In this document: piece after piece, positions 24,350 through 35,044 of the stretch
How positions within the stretch are numbered: position 1 is the first letter of the stretch
Layout of the letters: each line of letters opens with the position of its first letter
NCBI GenBank assembly: GCA_013239625.1
Contig: MU053934.1
Location: 1,395,285-1,459,284 of the forward strand
Reading direction: 5' to 3'
DNA: 64,000 nt
DNA from: Lama guanicoe
Lineage: Eukaryota
Notes under the pieces: generated by a model
What the model saw: the letters and a program-made list of their open reading frames with translations, nothing else
Databases searched by the model: none
What the model was told of the DNA's origin: nothing
Position numbers and translations under genes: made by a program

Positions 24350-24600
24350 ATGAGCAATAATCATGGCTACCATTTATAGAACACCTACTATGTGCCAGGC
24401 TCTGTGCTAAGTATTTTCCGAAATCTCTCCAGTAGTCTATGAAGTCAGCATGCACCTCTTCTATGGCTGAGGAATCTGGTTTTGGAGAAGTAAACGTTAC
24501 CTTTCCCTGCTTATCCAGCTGCCGAGGGACAGATCAAGGACTCAAACCCTGACAGTCTGACCCAAAGGCCAACGATGTCCATGTAGCTAACCACTGTGCT
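24350..24600 (-). mobile_element. MIR SINE; representative of many others (about 16250, 26790, 30140, 31430, 44370, 46030, 56330, 57860)
   Basis: gctaccatttatagaacacctactatgtgccaggctctgtgctaag...ctgaggaatctgg...aaaccctgacagtctgacccaaaggcc. Confidence 0.75.
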
Positions 24601-26305
24601 TCCCTGCCCTCTGCACAAAGCTCTGCCCTTGAAGCCCCTAGAGTAATAACACCCACACCTGGGAACCCCTCCCACATGCCAGGATCCATTCGGATAGCCT
24701 CGACAGCAGCCCATGAACTAGGAGTCTGTGACTATCCCTGGTGCACGTGCACGGATGTGACCCCGGTCAATCAGCCACACAAAGTGCACGGACCCCAGAT
24801 GGCAGATGGGAGCTTGGTATCCAGGCCATTGTGTTGGCCACCATTCTGTGTCCCGTCTCCGCCTTTTTCCATGCCCCCTCCAGCACACTGGCTGAAGGGA
24901 CTGTGTCCACGCAAGCCTCATCTTCCCCAGTTCATCAGCCCCGGTCCCTCTCAGGGCAGGGGCTCTAGACCCCTGTCCATCGCACCTTTCTCCTGCACTC
25001 CCATCTCAGATTCTGTACAAATAGGTCTTTTCTACGGCCCCAGAGAAGGGAAAGGTCAAGAAGCCAGGACTGAAGACAAGAACAAGAGCAAGAATACAAA
25101 TAGCTTTCAAATGGGTACTTTCTGGACCCAAATCCTCCTGGGAACTACTGCATTTAATCCACATAGCAGCTGCTGGCATCTGGAAGAAACTCTTGTACAC
25201 ATTAGTTGAGTCAATGGGGGAATCTTCATTGTCCTCATTTATGGACAAAGAAATGGATGCCCAGAGATCTTAGAAGAGGCTCAAAACCACACAGCAAGTG
25301 ATCAATTCAGAATTCAAACCTGGGTCCTTCAAGCTCCATAGCATTTGCCCTCTCTTCTGCCCCATGCGGCAACCTCCGCTCTCCAGAGGGAGTCCAGAGA
25401 AACGGTGCTCACTCCAGCTGTCTTGGACCCCTTTGCTCAGAGAATCTGGGAGACCTTCAAGTGCCACCCCACCCCCCAGGGATGAGCTGCCTCCTAAGTT
25501 TGGTGGGTGTGGGAGGAGAGAGGGTGCACGTGTACCAGCCAAAGCTCCAGATTCAATCAGCCAGCGCTGGGACGCCACCGACACAACTTATTTTATGACA
25601 GGAGAACACTCTTTCAAATAACTCACTCAGCAGAGTATCCTTAAGAGGTTCTGTAAAACTCTGCGTTTTGGTGCATGATGAGCGGGTAAAGCCAGTGTAG
25701 GCCTGATGGGTCCACAACATAACAGGGGAGAATCCTGGACAGAGAGCTTGGGGTGATGGATTAGATCACAGGCTGGGGTGCCCAGCCCCATCACCTTCAT
25801 GTGCTCAGCTGGCCCTGGCCTGTGTCTCCAGTACAGAGGGACGCTGAAGGCTCTGAGCTTGATGGAGAAGCCAGGAGGGAGCAGGGGGCATTGCTCTGAG
25901 TTTGGGACCTGCCAATGCTGGTCATGGGAACTTCAAAGATCCCTCTAAAATAAAATAAATTTGTCCATTCATTCGTTTCACTTTTATTGACACAAATACT
26001 TGCCAGGAGAGTTGCTTGAGGACTGAGGGAACAGAGGTTTGGAATCTGCTTCCAGCTACAGAACATTTTACACATGATGGAACAGCCATGGGTCTGGCGG
26101 GCAATGGCCACCACCACTGGTGGGACCACTGGATGAGAACAGAACCATACTGAGCTCACCACGTTGTACCCTGACCCTGAGAAGCCATCTCACCATCGTG
26201 TGGTGGGTGTAAGTCTCAGACCTTCAGCTTCCTCTCCTATAAAATAAAGGGTGGGCCATGGATTTGAGCACAACCCCCAGTTTCAGACCCCCCAGCTGCC
26301 GGAGC

Positions 26306-26539
26306 AGGGGTGGCAAATGTGTTCTGTAAAGAGCCAGGGAGTAAATATTTTAGGCTTTCAAAGCCTTTTGGTCTCTGTAGCAACTACTTAACTCTGCCCT
26401 TGTAGCTCAAAAGTAGCCAGAGACAATATGTAAATAAATGGGCGTGGCTGTGTTCCAATAAAACTTATAATTTAAATAATTTACAAAAACAGGCAGGGGG
26501 CCGGATTTCTCCAACAGGCCATCACTTGCTAACCACTGA
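26306..26539 (+). mobile_element. hAT-Charlie MITE, MER58A-like
   Basis: caggggtggcaaat...ctgtaaagagccagggagtaaatattttaggcttt...gtggctgtgttccaataaaactt...ttgctaaccactg. Confidence 0.85.
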
Positions 26540-27664
26540 CCTAAAGGGTCCCAAAAATACTGCTGGACTCTTGTGACAATAAAGAAGTTTTGAACACTAC
26601 GGGTAATGTGTCTGGCTATGCTGACCATGCCACCAAATCTGTCTTGCCATTGACACTCAACTCTGTCTTTTAAAACTTGAGTAACCCCAGATAGGGGTTA
26701 CTGAGTCCTGGGAAGGTGGAGGGCCCCACAGGAGGGAAGAGAAGGATGGTAAAGGGAAAAACCAAAAAGCTTCTTTCATTACCCAACAGTGTGCCAGGCT
26801 ATAATCTCAGTTACAGGAGGCGTTGCCTTCTCTGTGGAAAGATGAGGAATCCAGCCCAGAGAGGTGGAGGAACTTGCCCAAGGTGACACAGCCAGTAAGT
26901 GGGAGACAGGACATGAACCCAGGCCTGTCAGACCCCCCGTGGCAGGGCATGATTGACTTCTCTGGCCGTGCTCTGCCCCTTCCTTTACCTGCTCAGAGTA
27001 AGGCAGGAGCTAGAGAGGAGTCCTCGCAGGGTGGCAGACAGGTGAGGGCCCAAGAAGATGGCATCCCACCCCCAGCGCCTGTCTTGGGGCACCACCTGCA
27101 CCGACAGGTGTCCATCATTCCACGCTGAGAACCGTGAACAATGGCCCCCCTTATCTGGTCTTCGAGAAGCCTCTGCGGCTGGGACACCAGCTTGTTTCAG
27201 CGTCCCGGGAGGGTTATCAGCCGCCAGGAAATACCTGGAAGTCTTGAACTTCTGAACCCCTCGCTCACCTCCACCTGAACCCAATGAAATAGCCTCTTTG
27301 CTGTTATTACTTTATAGCCTCGATTGTAAATTCTTCCCTGATCCCACTTTATGGCTGCAAGATGAAAACCTGTGCCTGGGGCGTTGCTCTGGTGGAGAGC
27401 GCCTGCCGGCTTTATAAAGTGGTGCTGTCACAGCTGGGAGGAGGGGTGTGGCTGGGTGGGCTAGGGCCAGAGCATCCCAGGGCTCGCTCAGGCTGAGCCC
27501 TCTGGCCCCAGGGAGGGGAAGGCGGCCAGACGCTGCCACTACACCAGCACGGAGCGGGAAACAACAGAGCCCTGAACCCTAGCACAGCCCCGAACTTTTC
27601 CTGAATATTGCGGCATGTTCCCGGCTATTTGTTCACTGCATCCTTGGGACAGTGTTTTATTATT

Positions 27665-27752
27665 TTTTTTAAGGTTTACAACATGATTATTTAATATATA
27701 TACACATTGTGAAAAGATTACCACAATCAAGTTAATTACATCCATCATCACA
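27665..27752 (-). mobile_element. Very short L1 3'-end insertion with TSD
   Basis: T-tail plus aaggtttacaacatgat...cacattgtgaaaagattaccacaatcaagttaatta; TSD ggacagtgttttattatt (27647-27664) / ggaccgtgttttatgatt (27753-27770). Confidence 0.75.
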
Positions 27753-30700
27753 GGACCGTGTTTTATGATTCTTTTCATTCTGCAGATGAGGGGGCAGAGG
27801 TCCAGAGAGGTGGCATGTCTGAGGTCACTTACACAGCCCAACTAGGACCAGAACGCAGGTCAAACTTTCCTGATAAAGTGTCTGTAGGGCAGCATATTTT
27901 AGCAGAATTGGTTCAACCTCATGGAATCTGACCTGGGAGAGCAAGCATCACCCTCCCGATTTGCAGACATGCTCTTTCACCGCACAGATGTTTATGAAGC
28001 ACCCACTTGGAAACCGTTAATGAAGGACACCCAAGTATCACCTCACTCCTGCCATTGCCTTCCATGCGGGGGACACGGACCAGTGCCCATCCCCCCACCG
28101 CCAGCTGCCCCTCACACCTGTGGACCGGTGGGTCTGTGCAGCCCAGCCCCTCCTCTTCCCAGTCTCTTGGGAACATGGGGACATGAGCCCTTCCACGGGG
28201 AGCCCTGCCCTAGAGGGACGCGGGGAAGGGGACAGCATCCCATGTGGCCCCGGGATCTAAGCCACACCCTCCACGCCCTGTTCCATCAGTAATAAGGGTG
28301 CTATTTCGGCCCCATCTGCCTTCCTCCTTTCTCTCACTTCAAGGTACCTACAAGGGCTGGCAGGTGGCAAATGCTAGTGTGTTTAGGGGACAGTAGGGCT
28401 CCCCCTGCGATGACTCTCCCTCTCTGTGCCTCTGTTTGCCATAACTTCCACAAAACTTCATTATGGAGTCTTTGGAGGCCCTGAATTGTGATATAACCAA
28501 GACATCCAGAAGGAAGTGGTCCAGGGGAGGACAGGCCATGGGAGGAGGGACCCGTGACCAGACAGAGTTGCCCAGAAGGAGCACAGCCCATGTTCAAGGC
28601 TGTGGCCATGGGGCCAGGTGGCAGCGAGGAAGGAGCCCTGTTCTAGAACTACAGAGCTGGTTCCAGCCTCACCCCAAGTCTGACTTGCTTGCCCCTTTCG
28701 AACATCACTGCAGCTTTCTGAGCCTCAGTTTCCTCACTCATCTGTGAAATAGGTGAAGACAGGGCACTAAATCAGGGGATCCTGTGAGATTGTTCTAACG
28801 TTAAGATGCAGATTCTGTGTCTTTTCCTTCGGCCCGTGGTTCCCGACTTGGGCTGCACATCAGAGTCCCCTGGGGAGGCTTTTATAAACACTAATCCCCA
28901 GGCCATTTGACTGTTGTGCTATGAGATGACACTCAGCTTCAAATGGGGAAACTCGATTTTGAAGCCAGGAACAGCAGGACAGAAGCTGGAAGGCCACAGA
29001 CAGGTAATAGCCGGAGACTCCGCGTGTCAGGAACCAAGACAAAACAGGTACCGGCAGAGTGGGTCAGAGCTGGGGTTTGGAGTCAGACAGACTTGAGTCC
29101 CAAATCCTGCTGCCAGGCTCATGGCGAACGCTATACACCTTTTTGCCTTGAAGGTTTCGTCCGGGAAAAGGGCACAGTAACACCTCCTGCATAAGCTTGT
29201 TGTTGGGATTACAGAAAAGGGCCATGCACTGCATAGAATAGGCCTTTTGAAATGTTAGCTTTTATTATTAGCAGTAAACGCCGCACCCTCTGTTTCCAGG
29301 GCAGGTGGGCCAATGCCGCAGGTAAGCATGTGGGTTCCGGAGGAGGTAAGACTGAGTCCAAAGCCTGCTTCCCTGACCTGCCAGCTGTGTGTCCCCGGGT
29401 GGTCGGCTGCCTCCTCTGCACAGAGGGGACACGGGCGGTAATCTCATGCTGGCTGTGTTGTGAGAGTGTATTAAATGAAAGTGCCTAACACAGCACGAAG
29501 TGACAGGAGGTTGGCAGCCTGTTTTTTTCTATCTCCTTCTCTCGGGCCGTGGGTCCCAGGGTGCTGGCCGTGTGGGTCTGGGTTTCATCCTGCCTGGGCC
29601 GTGGACAGGCGTCAGATGGCCTGCGCTCAGGGGTGGACCAGCCCCTTGCCTGGGCCTGAGCGCTTGTTTCCCTGCCCGACCGACTGCGCAGGGTGGAGAA
29701 AGAATGTGAAGGCAGGTGGTGGACTTGGAATGACTCTTCTAGAATTCCCTGGACACAGACACAGACACAGAGGAGGAGACCAGGGCACCCAGGCCCACTG
29801 GGGAACTGAATCTGTGTTTGGCCCCAGTACCAGCGTCCACAGCATTGGTCACCAACTCTCCACACCAAATTCAACGTTGAAAACTTCCTCTGGGAACCAG
29901 AGCTCCTCTTTCTGTCTGTCTCAGGGTCCACAGGGAGAAAGGAAAGTGGGCTTGGAATCAGACAGTCCTGCATTGTGACCTGGCCCCAGCCCTTATAAGT
30001 AATGCCCTTCTCCTTGTGGGCCTCGGTTTCTCCATCTGTAGGAGGAGATTGAGGCCCCAGCACAGAGGTTTGTCCTTAGGATCAAAGGAGAGCATGTCTG
30101 TGCAAGACCCTCCAGAAATCCTGAGATACGGCTCTTCCTTCACCAGCTCTGGGGCCTCGGGGAAATTAGTTCATCCTCCGAACTTCAGTTTCTCCATCTG
30201 TAAAGCAGGTATAATGACATTTACTTCTTGGGGCGTTGTTCAGATTAAATGAGATAACCTAAGTAAATGCCTAAGGCACTGCCTGCCATGTAATCAGTGC
30301 TCGTGTGTTACTGTGTAGGTAGTGTTACTGTCACCATGGTTTGGCCCAGGCCACCTCCTCTCTCCCCCTTCCCTGGAGGACAATGTTGGCCGTCTTCTCT
30401 CTGTGGTTGAAGACAATTTATGGTGCAGAGGGTCCAAGGCCATCCAGGAGTCTCAGCCTCCCAGGCCCCCGGGGCAGTGCCCCCAGCACCTGAGAATGGA
30501 GCCATCATTAAACAAAGTGGCTCAGACTAACTCATTGCTCAGGCTGGCTGTACCTAAGTACCTCCACTAGCGGTCTTTTTATCTTTCCTCACAAATCAAT
30601 AATGGCTTGCCTTGGAGGAGTTTTAATTAGTTAATGCCTGCTGGGTGTTCTGCTGATAAACTAGCCTGCTAATATCGCTAAGTGTCTGCCTAGGTGGCTA

Positions 30701-31884
30701 TTTTTACTATTATTGTTGTTGTCACTAAATCCTCGTTTCCTGAGCTGAACGGTTGACTTTATTAAAAAGACCTGGAGCCCCCTGCCCTGAAACCTGAGGG
30801 AAGGGACCCCTCTGGACAGCCCAGCTCATCCCTCCTCCCCTACTACTTTATACTGAGCCCTGCAGTGAGGATCACACCTCTTAAATCAGCCACCAGTGAG
30901 GAGAGCAGGAGAGAACATTTATTAAGAGCCGACTATATACCAGCGATAGTGCCATGTGCTTACTGCTAGAACCTCCTCTGATATTCAGAGCCCCACCCCC
31001 ACGCCACCCCCAGGTGCCAACGCAGGCCCTGTTTCCCTGTGAAGTCACGGGGACTCAGAGAGGTCACAGGATCAGCAAGCAGGGGGATGTGGGTTTAAGC
31101 GCTGGTCTCTTTCCGGCTCACACCTGGTGAGCCCCTAGGGGACCTCTTATAACCTTAGCAAAATTCTCTAGCTCTTTTCATATCCCTTGTCATAGGCTCC
31201 GGGACCCCAGCCTGCCTGCTTGTCTGCCCACTTTCAAATTGCCCCGATCTCCTCCAAACTTGGGATTTCTGGCCAGCTGGTGGGACGGGACAGGGGTGTG
31301 GGGCACAGCCTCTCCCTGTCAATGGCAAACTCCAGGGATCTTTGCAATCATTAATCCAGTGAAGGGAAGAAGGACAAATAACAAAAATAACTTCTTCCTG
31401 GAGGAAGAACCAACATCTGGGCTATGTGGCCAAGTGGCTCAGAACCTGCGCAGAAGGAGCAGGGAGGCCTGGGTTCAAACCCTCTGTGTGCCTCTTCTCA
31501 GCCGTGTGACCTTGGGCAACTTGTTGAAGCTCCAGTCTTCTCATCTGTGGAATGGCCATCCTGATAGCATCTGCCTCCCCGATGGTAGTAGGGGTTCAGT
31601 GAGAGAACCATGTGAGTCTTGGCTGCTGTCTGGTACAAAGTGGTCCTTTTTAGTAGTAGAAGTAATTATCAGTAACACATAATAAGAAATTACTACATGT
31701 CAGGGGCTGTTCTGGGGAATTGTCTTGTTTTATTTAATTTACCTACCACAATGCTCTGATAATTCCATTTTACATTTGGGGATCCTCCTATGATTCCCCA
31801 AATGGGAAAAAAATGACTTCCCATTTTACAGATGGGAAAACCTGAGGCTGAGAGAAGTGAGCAATTTGCTGAGGGCCTCTCGTT

Positions 31885-32480
31885 TTTAATTAAACTTTTT
31901 ATTTTGAGACAATTGGAGTTTCACATGCAGCCCTAAGAAATACAGCAGAGAGACCCTAATACCCTTTATCCAGTTTCTTTCAATGATAAATAAACCAAAT
32001 TACCTCCTCAAAAAACAAAAACAAAAACAATACCCCACAAACAAAATTAAAAAAAAAGAACACAGGACATTTCCATCATCACAAGAGTCCCTTGTGTTGC
32101 CCTTTTAAATGACACCCACTTCCCTCCAACCCCTAACCCCTCCTTAAACACTGTTGGGTGAACTTTCTTTATTCATTCTTTTAGGGTGAATCTGCTAGTG
32201 ATAAATTCTCTTTGCTTTCCTTCATTTGAGGACGTCTTGGTTTCCTCTTTATTCTTGAAGGGACTTTTCACTGGGTTCAAGAATCTGGATCAATACTTCC
32301 CAGGGAACCACCCCCCCATCATTCCCAAAGTCCCCATCCAGACTGTCTTCTTTTTCCACCTTCCAGAATCTTCTGACTTTTGTTTCTATTTAATGTCCAG
32401 GGTTTTTAATTGAGCTTTATAGGACAAGTGGGGGAAAGTCTGTCTATACAACCTTCCCGGAAGCAGATGTCCCCCACACA
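31885..32480 (-). mobile_element. Old L1 (L1MB/MC-type) fragments
   Basis: aactttttattttgagacaattggagtttcacatgcag, acaggacatttccatcatcacaag and ctgctagtgataaattctctttgcttt blocks. Confidence 0.6.
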
Positions 32481-32567
32481 CATTTTAATAAGTGATGGAA
32501 TCTGAGTTCAAACCCAGCCAGTGGAGGCTCAGAGTCTTGAGCAGAATCACTAGGCTGACCGCCCCAG

Positions 32568-32613
32568 GCCACTTGAGTTTATTCAGGTTGCCACTTGAGT
32601 TTATTCAGGTTGC
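32568..32613. repeat. Perfect 22-bp tandem duplication
   Basis: gccacttgagtttattcaggtt twice, followed by gc. Confidence 0.97.
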
Positions 32614-33946
32614 TCCTTTGAGAATTGTCCCCCTGCCGTGCTATTCCCCATCACTGTGAAGTCCTCAGAGGCCACAGGCCGAAATCTCTTCTCAAGAATG
32701 ACAGTTTCAAGTCCTGTCAGCCCAGCACGGACATCTTTGCAAAAGATGGACAGAGACCTCTCAGAGGTCTGAGCTCACATTCTCTTAGCAGGTGAGCTCC
32801 ACCATTTAAATATGCACGGGGCCCCCTTACTAAAGGCCAGACACTGTTCTTTCCTTCCATTCATCCATTATTTAGTAAATGCAAGCTACCAGGGCTACAA
32901 AATCATAACCGCCTTTTAAATTGTGCTCTGACTTTGTACCAGGCACTTTGCCAAGCTCTTTACAGATTGGCTACTTCTCTGGCACCATTTCCCATCTTCT
33001 TGGCCTCGTCTTTTATTCCAGCCACTGCTTGGGGCAGGGGGTGGGGTGGGCAAGGCCCTGAAGGCTTCCACCAGTTTTATGAATGTGCACCTTAACAGTG
33101 CCCCATCTTGGGCGCCATATGCATTTCTCACTTCCTGTTTCCCGGTGCCTGGGAGACACCCACTCAGCACCCACTAACATGAAAAATGAAAGTTCAGGGC
33201 AGCTAGCACTCGGGGGATAATTCTTGATGGAGAGATACTCCCCTTTCTTTTCTTGGACAGATGTTTCTAAAACTGAATCCAGAGTCTTTTAGAAGCTACT
33301 TTAGGATCAACTAGTCCACCTTATAGGTGGCAGAAAGGAGGATGCCTTCTTGTATTGGTTTCTCTTCTGTCCAGTTTTCCTTTCCCTTGATCCTCACTCC
33401 TCCTTTCTGAATCACTTTCCCAAATAAACTATCCACACATAAGTAAACCTTGGGGGAAACCCAAATGAAGACACTGGGTACCAGAAACAGCCTGTTAGGT
33501 TCACATTTGAAAACAATCAGTGGCCCCTGGGATCTGGCAGCATCACACCTGCTCAGATCTTCACCCGCGGCTGACCGGGACAAGGCACAGGTGGACAGTG
33601 GGACACCGAGCTATGTGGTGGCTGTGACACTGAAACAGCCTAGGATGACAGTAATCATATAGATTGTAGACTGGGCCAGCTTTTCTTAATGTCTCAGGAA
33701 ACCTTGCGAATCTGATACTTGGCCCAGATCACACAAGGCAGAGCCGTGGTGCCTCTGTGGCCACATTAAGGATACTCCCCTCCACCTCCTGCAGCTGCCC
33801 AGCGGAGTATGCTGAAAAGCAGGCCTGGGATCTAATTCCTGGACAGACAGACTACAAAGGAAACTGAACACATAGCCAAAGGGCGCTTCCTATGATAATC
33901 AAGGGCCTGAAAGGCAGAGAGCAGGACCGTGAGGCCTCGAATGAGG

Positions 33947-34548
33947 ACTTCAAAAAGACACCTGCACCCCAATGTTCATAGCAGCACTATTTACAATAGC
34001 CAAGACATGGGAAGTGCCTAAATGTTCATCAACAGATGACCGGATAAAGAAGATGTGGTATGTTTATACAATGGAATAATATTCAGCCATAAAAATGACA
34101 ACATAACGCCATTTGCAGGAACATGGATGTCCCTGGAGAAAGTCATTCTAAGTGAAGCAAGCCAGAAAGAGACAGAAAAATACCAAATGAGATCACTCAT
34201 ATGTGGAATTTAAAAAAAAAAAAAAGAACATAAATACAAAACAGAAGCAGACTCAGACACAGAATACAAACTTGTGGTTGCTAAGGGGGTGGTGGGTGGG
34301 AAGAGACAGACTGGGATTTCAAAATTTGTAGATACTGACATGCATATATAGAATAGATAAACAAGATTATACCGTATAGCACAGGGAAATATATACAAGA
34401 TTTTGTGGTAGCTCACAGTGGAAAAAAAAATGTGACAATGAATATATGTATGTTCATGTATAACTGAAAAATTGTGCTCTACACTGGAATTTGACACAAC
34501 ATTGCAAAATGACTGTAACTCAATAAAAAATATGTTTAAAAAAAAAAA
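33947..34548 (+). mobile_element. Young lineage-specific L1: ORF2 end, 3' UTR and polyA
   Basis: aaagacacctgcaccccaatgttcatagcagcactatttaca ([14 protein letters not shown]), caataaa then A-tail; closely resembles the reverse complement of 48524-49100. Confidence 0.93.
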
Positions 34549-34629
34549 GACAGTTAAATGAACTAGCCTGAAAACACTGTACCAGGTTCCTCTAACCCAC
34601 CAGGTGGACAGACACATCCCCCAACCCTC

Positions 34630-35044
34630 TTTTATTTATTTATTTTATGAAGTATAATTGATTTCCAATGTTCTGTTAGTTTCTGGTGTACAGCATGGTG
34701 ATTCAGTTATGTGTATATATATTCTTTCTCATTATTAATTATTACAAGATACTGAATGTATTTCCCTGAGCTGTACAGTAGGACCTTGTTGTTTATCTGT
34801 TCTGTATATAGTAGTTTATATCTGCTAATTCCAGACTCTTAATTTATCCCTCCCACCCCTTTCCCCTGTGGTAACCATAAGTTTGTTTCTATGTCTGCGA
34901 GACTGTTTCTGTTTTGTAAACAAGCTCGTTTGTGTCTTTTTCTTTTTTGGATTTCACATATAAGTGGTATCATAGGATATTTCTTTCTCTGCCTGACTTA
35001 CTTCACTTAGTATGATCATCTCTAAGTTCATCCATGTTGCTGCA
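34630..35044 (-). mobile_element. L1 3' UTR fragment (cetartiodactyl type)
   Basis: tgaagtataattgattt...tacagtaggaccttgttgtttatc...ttcacttagtatgatcatctctaagttcatccatgttgctgca. Confidence 0.88.
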
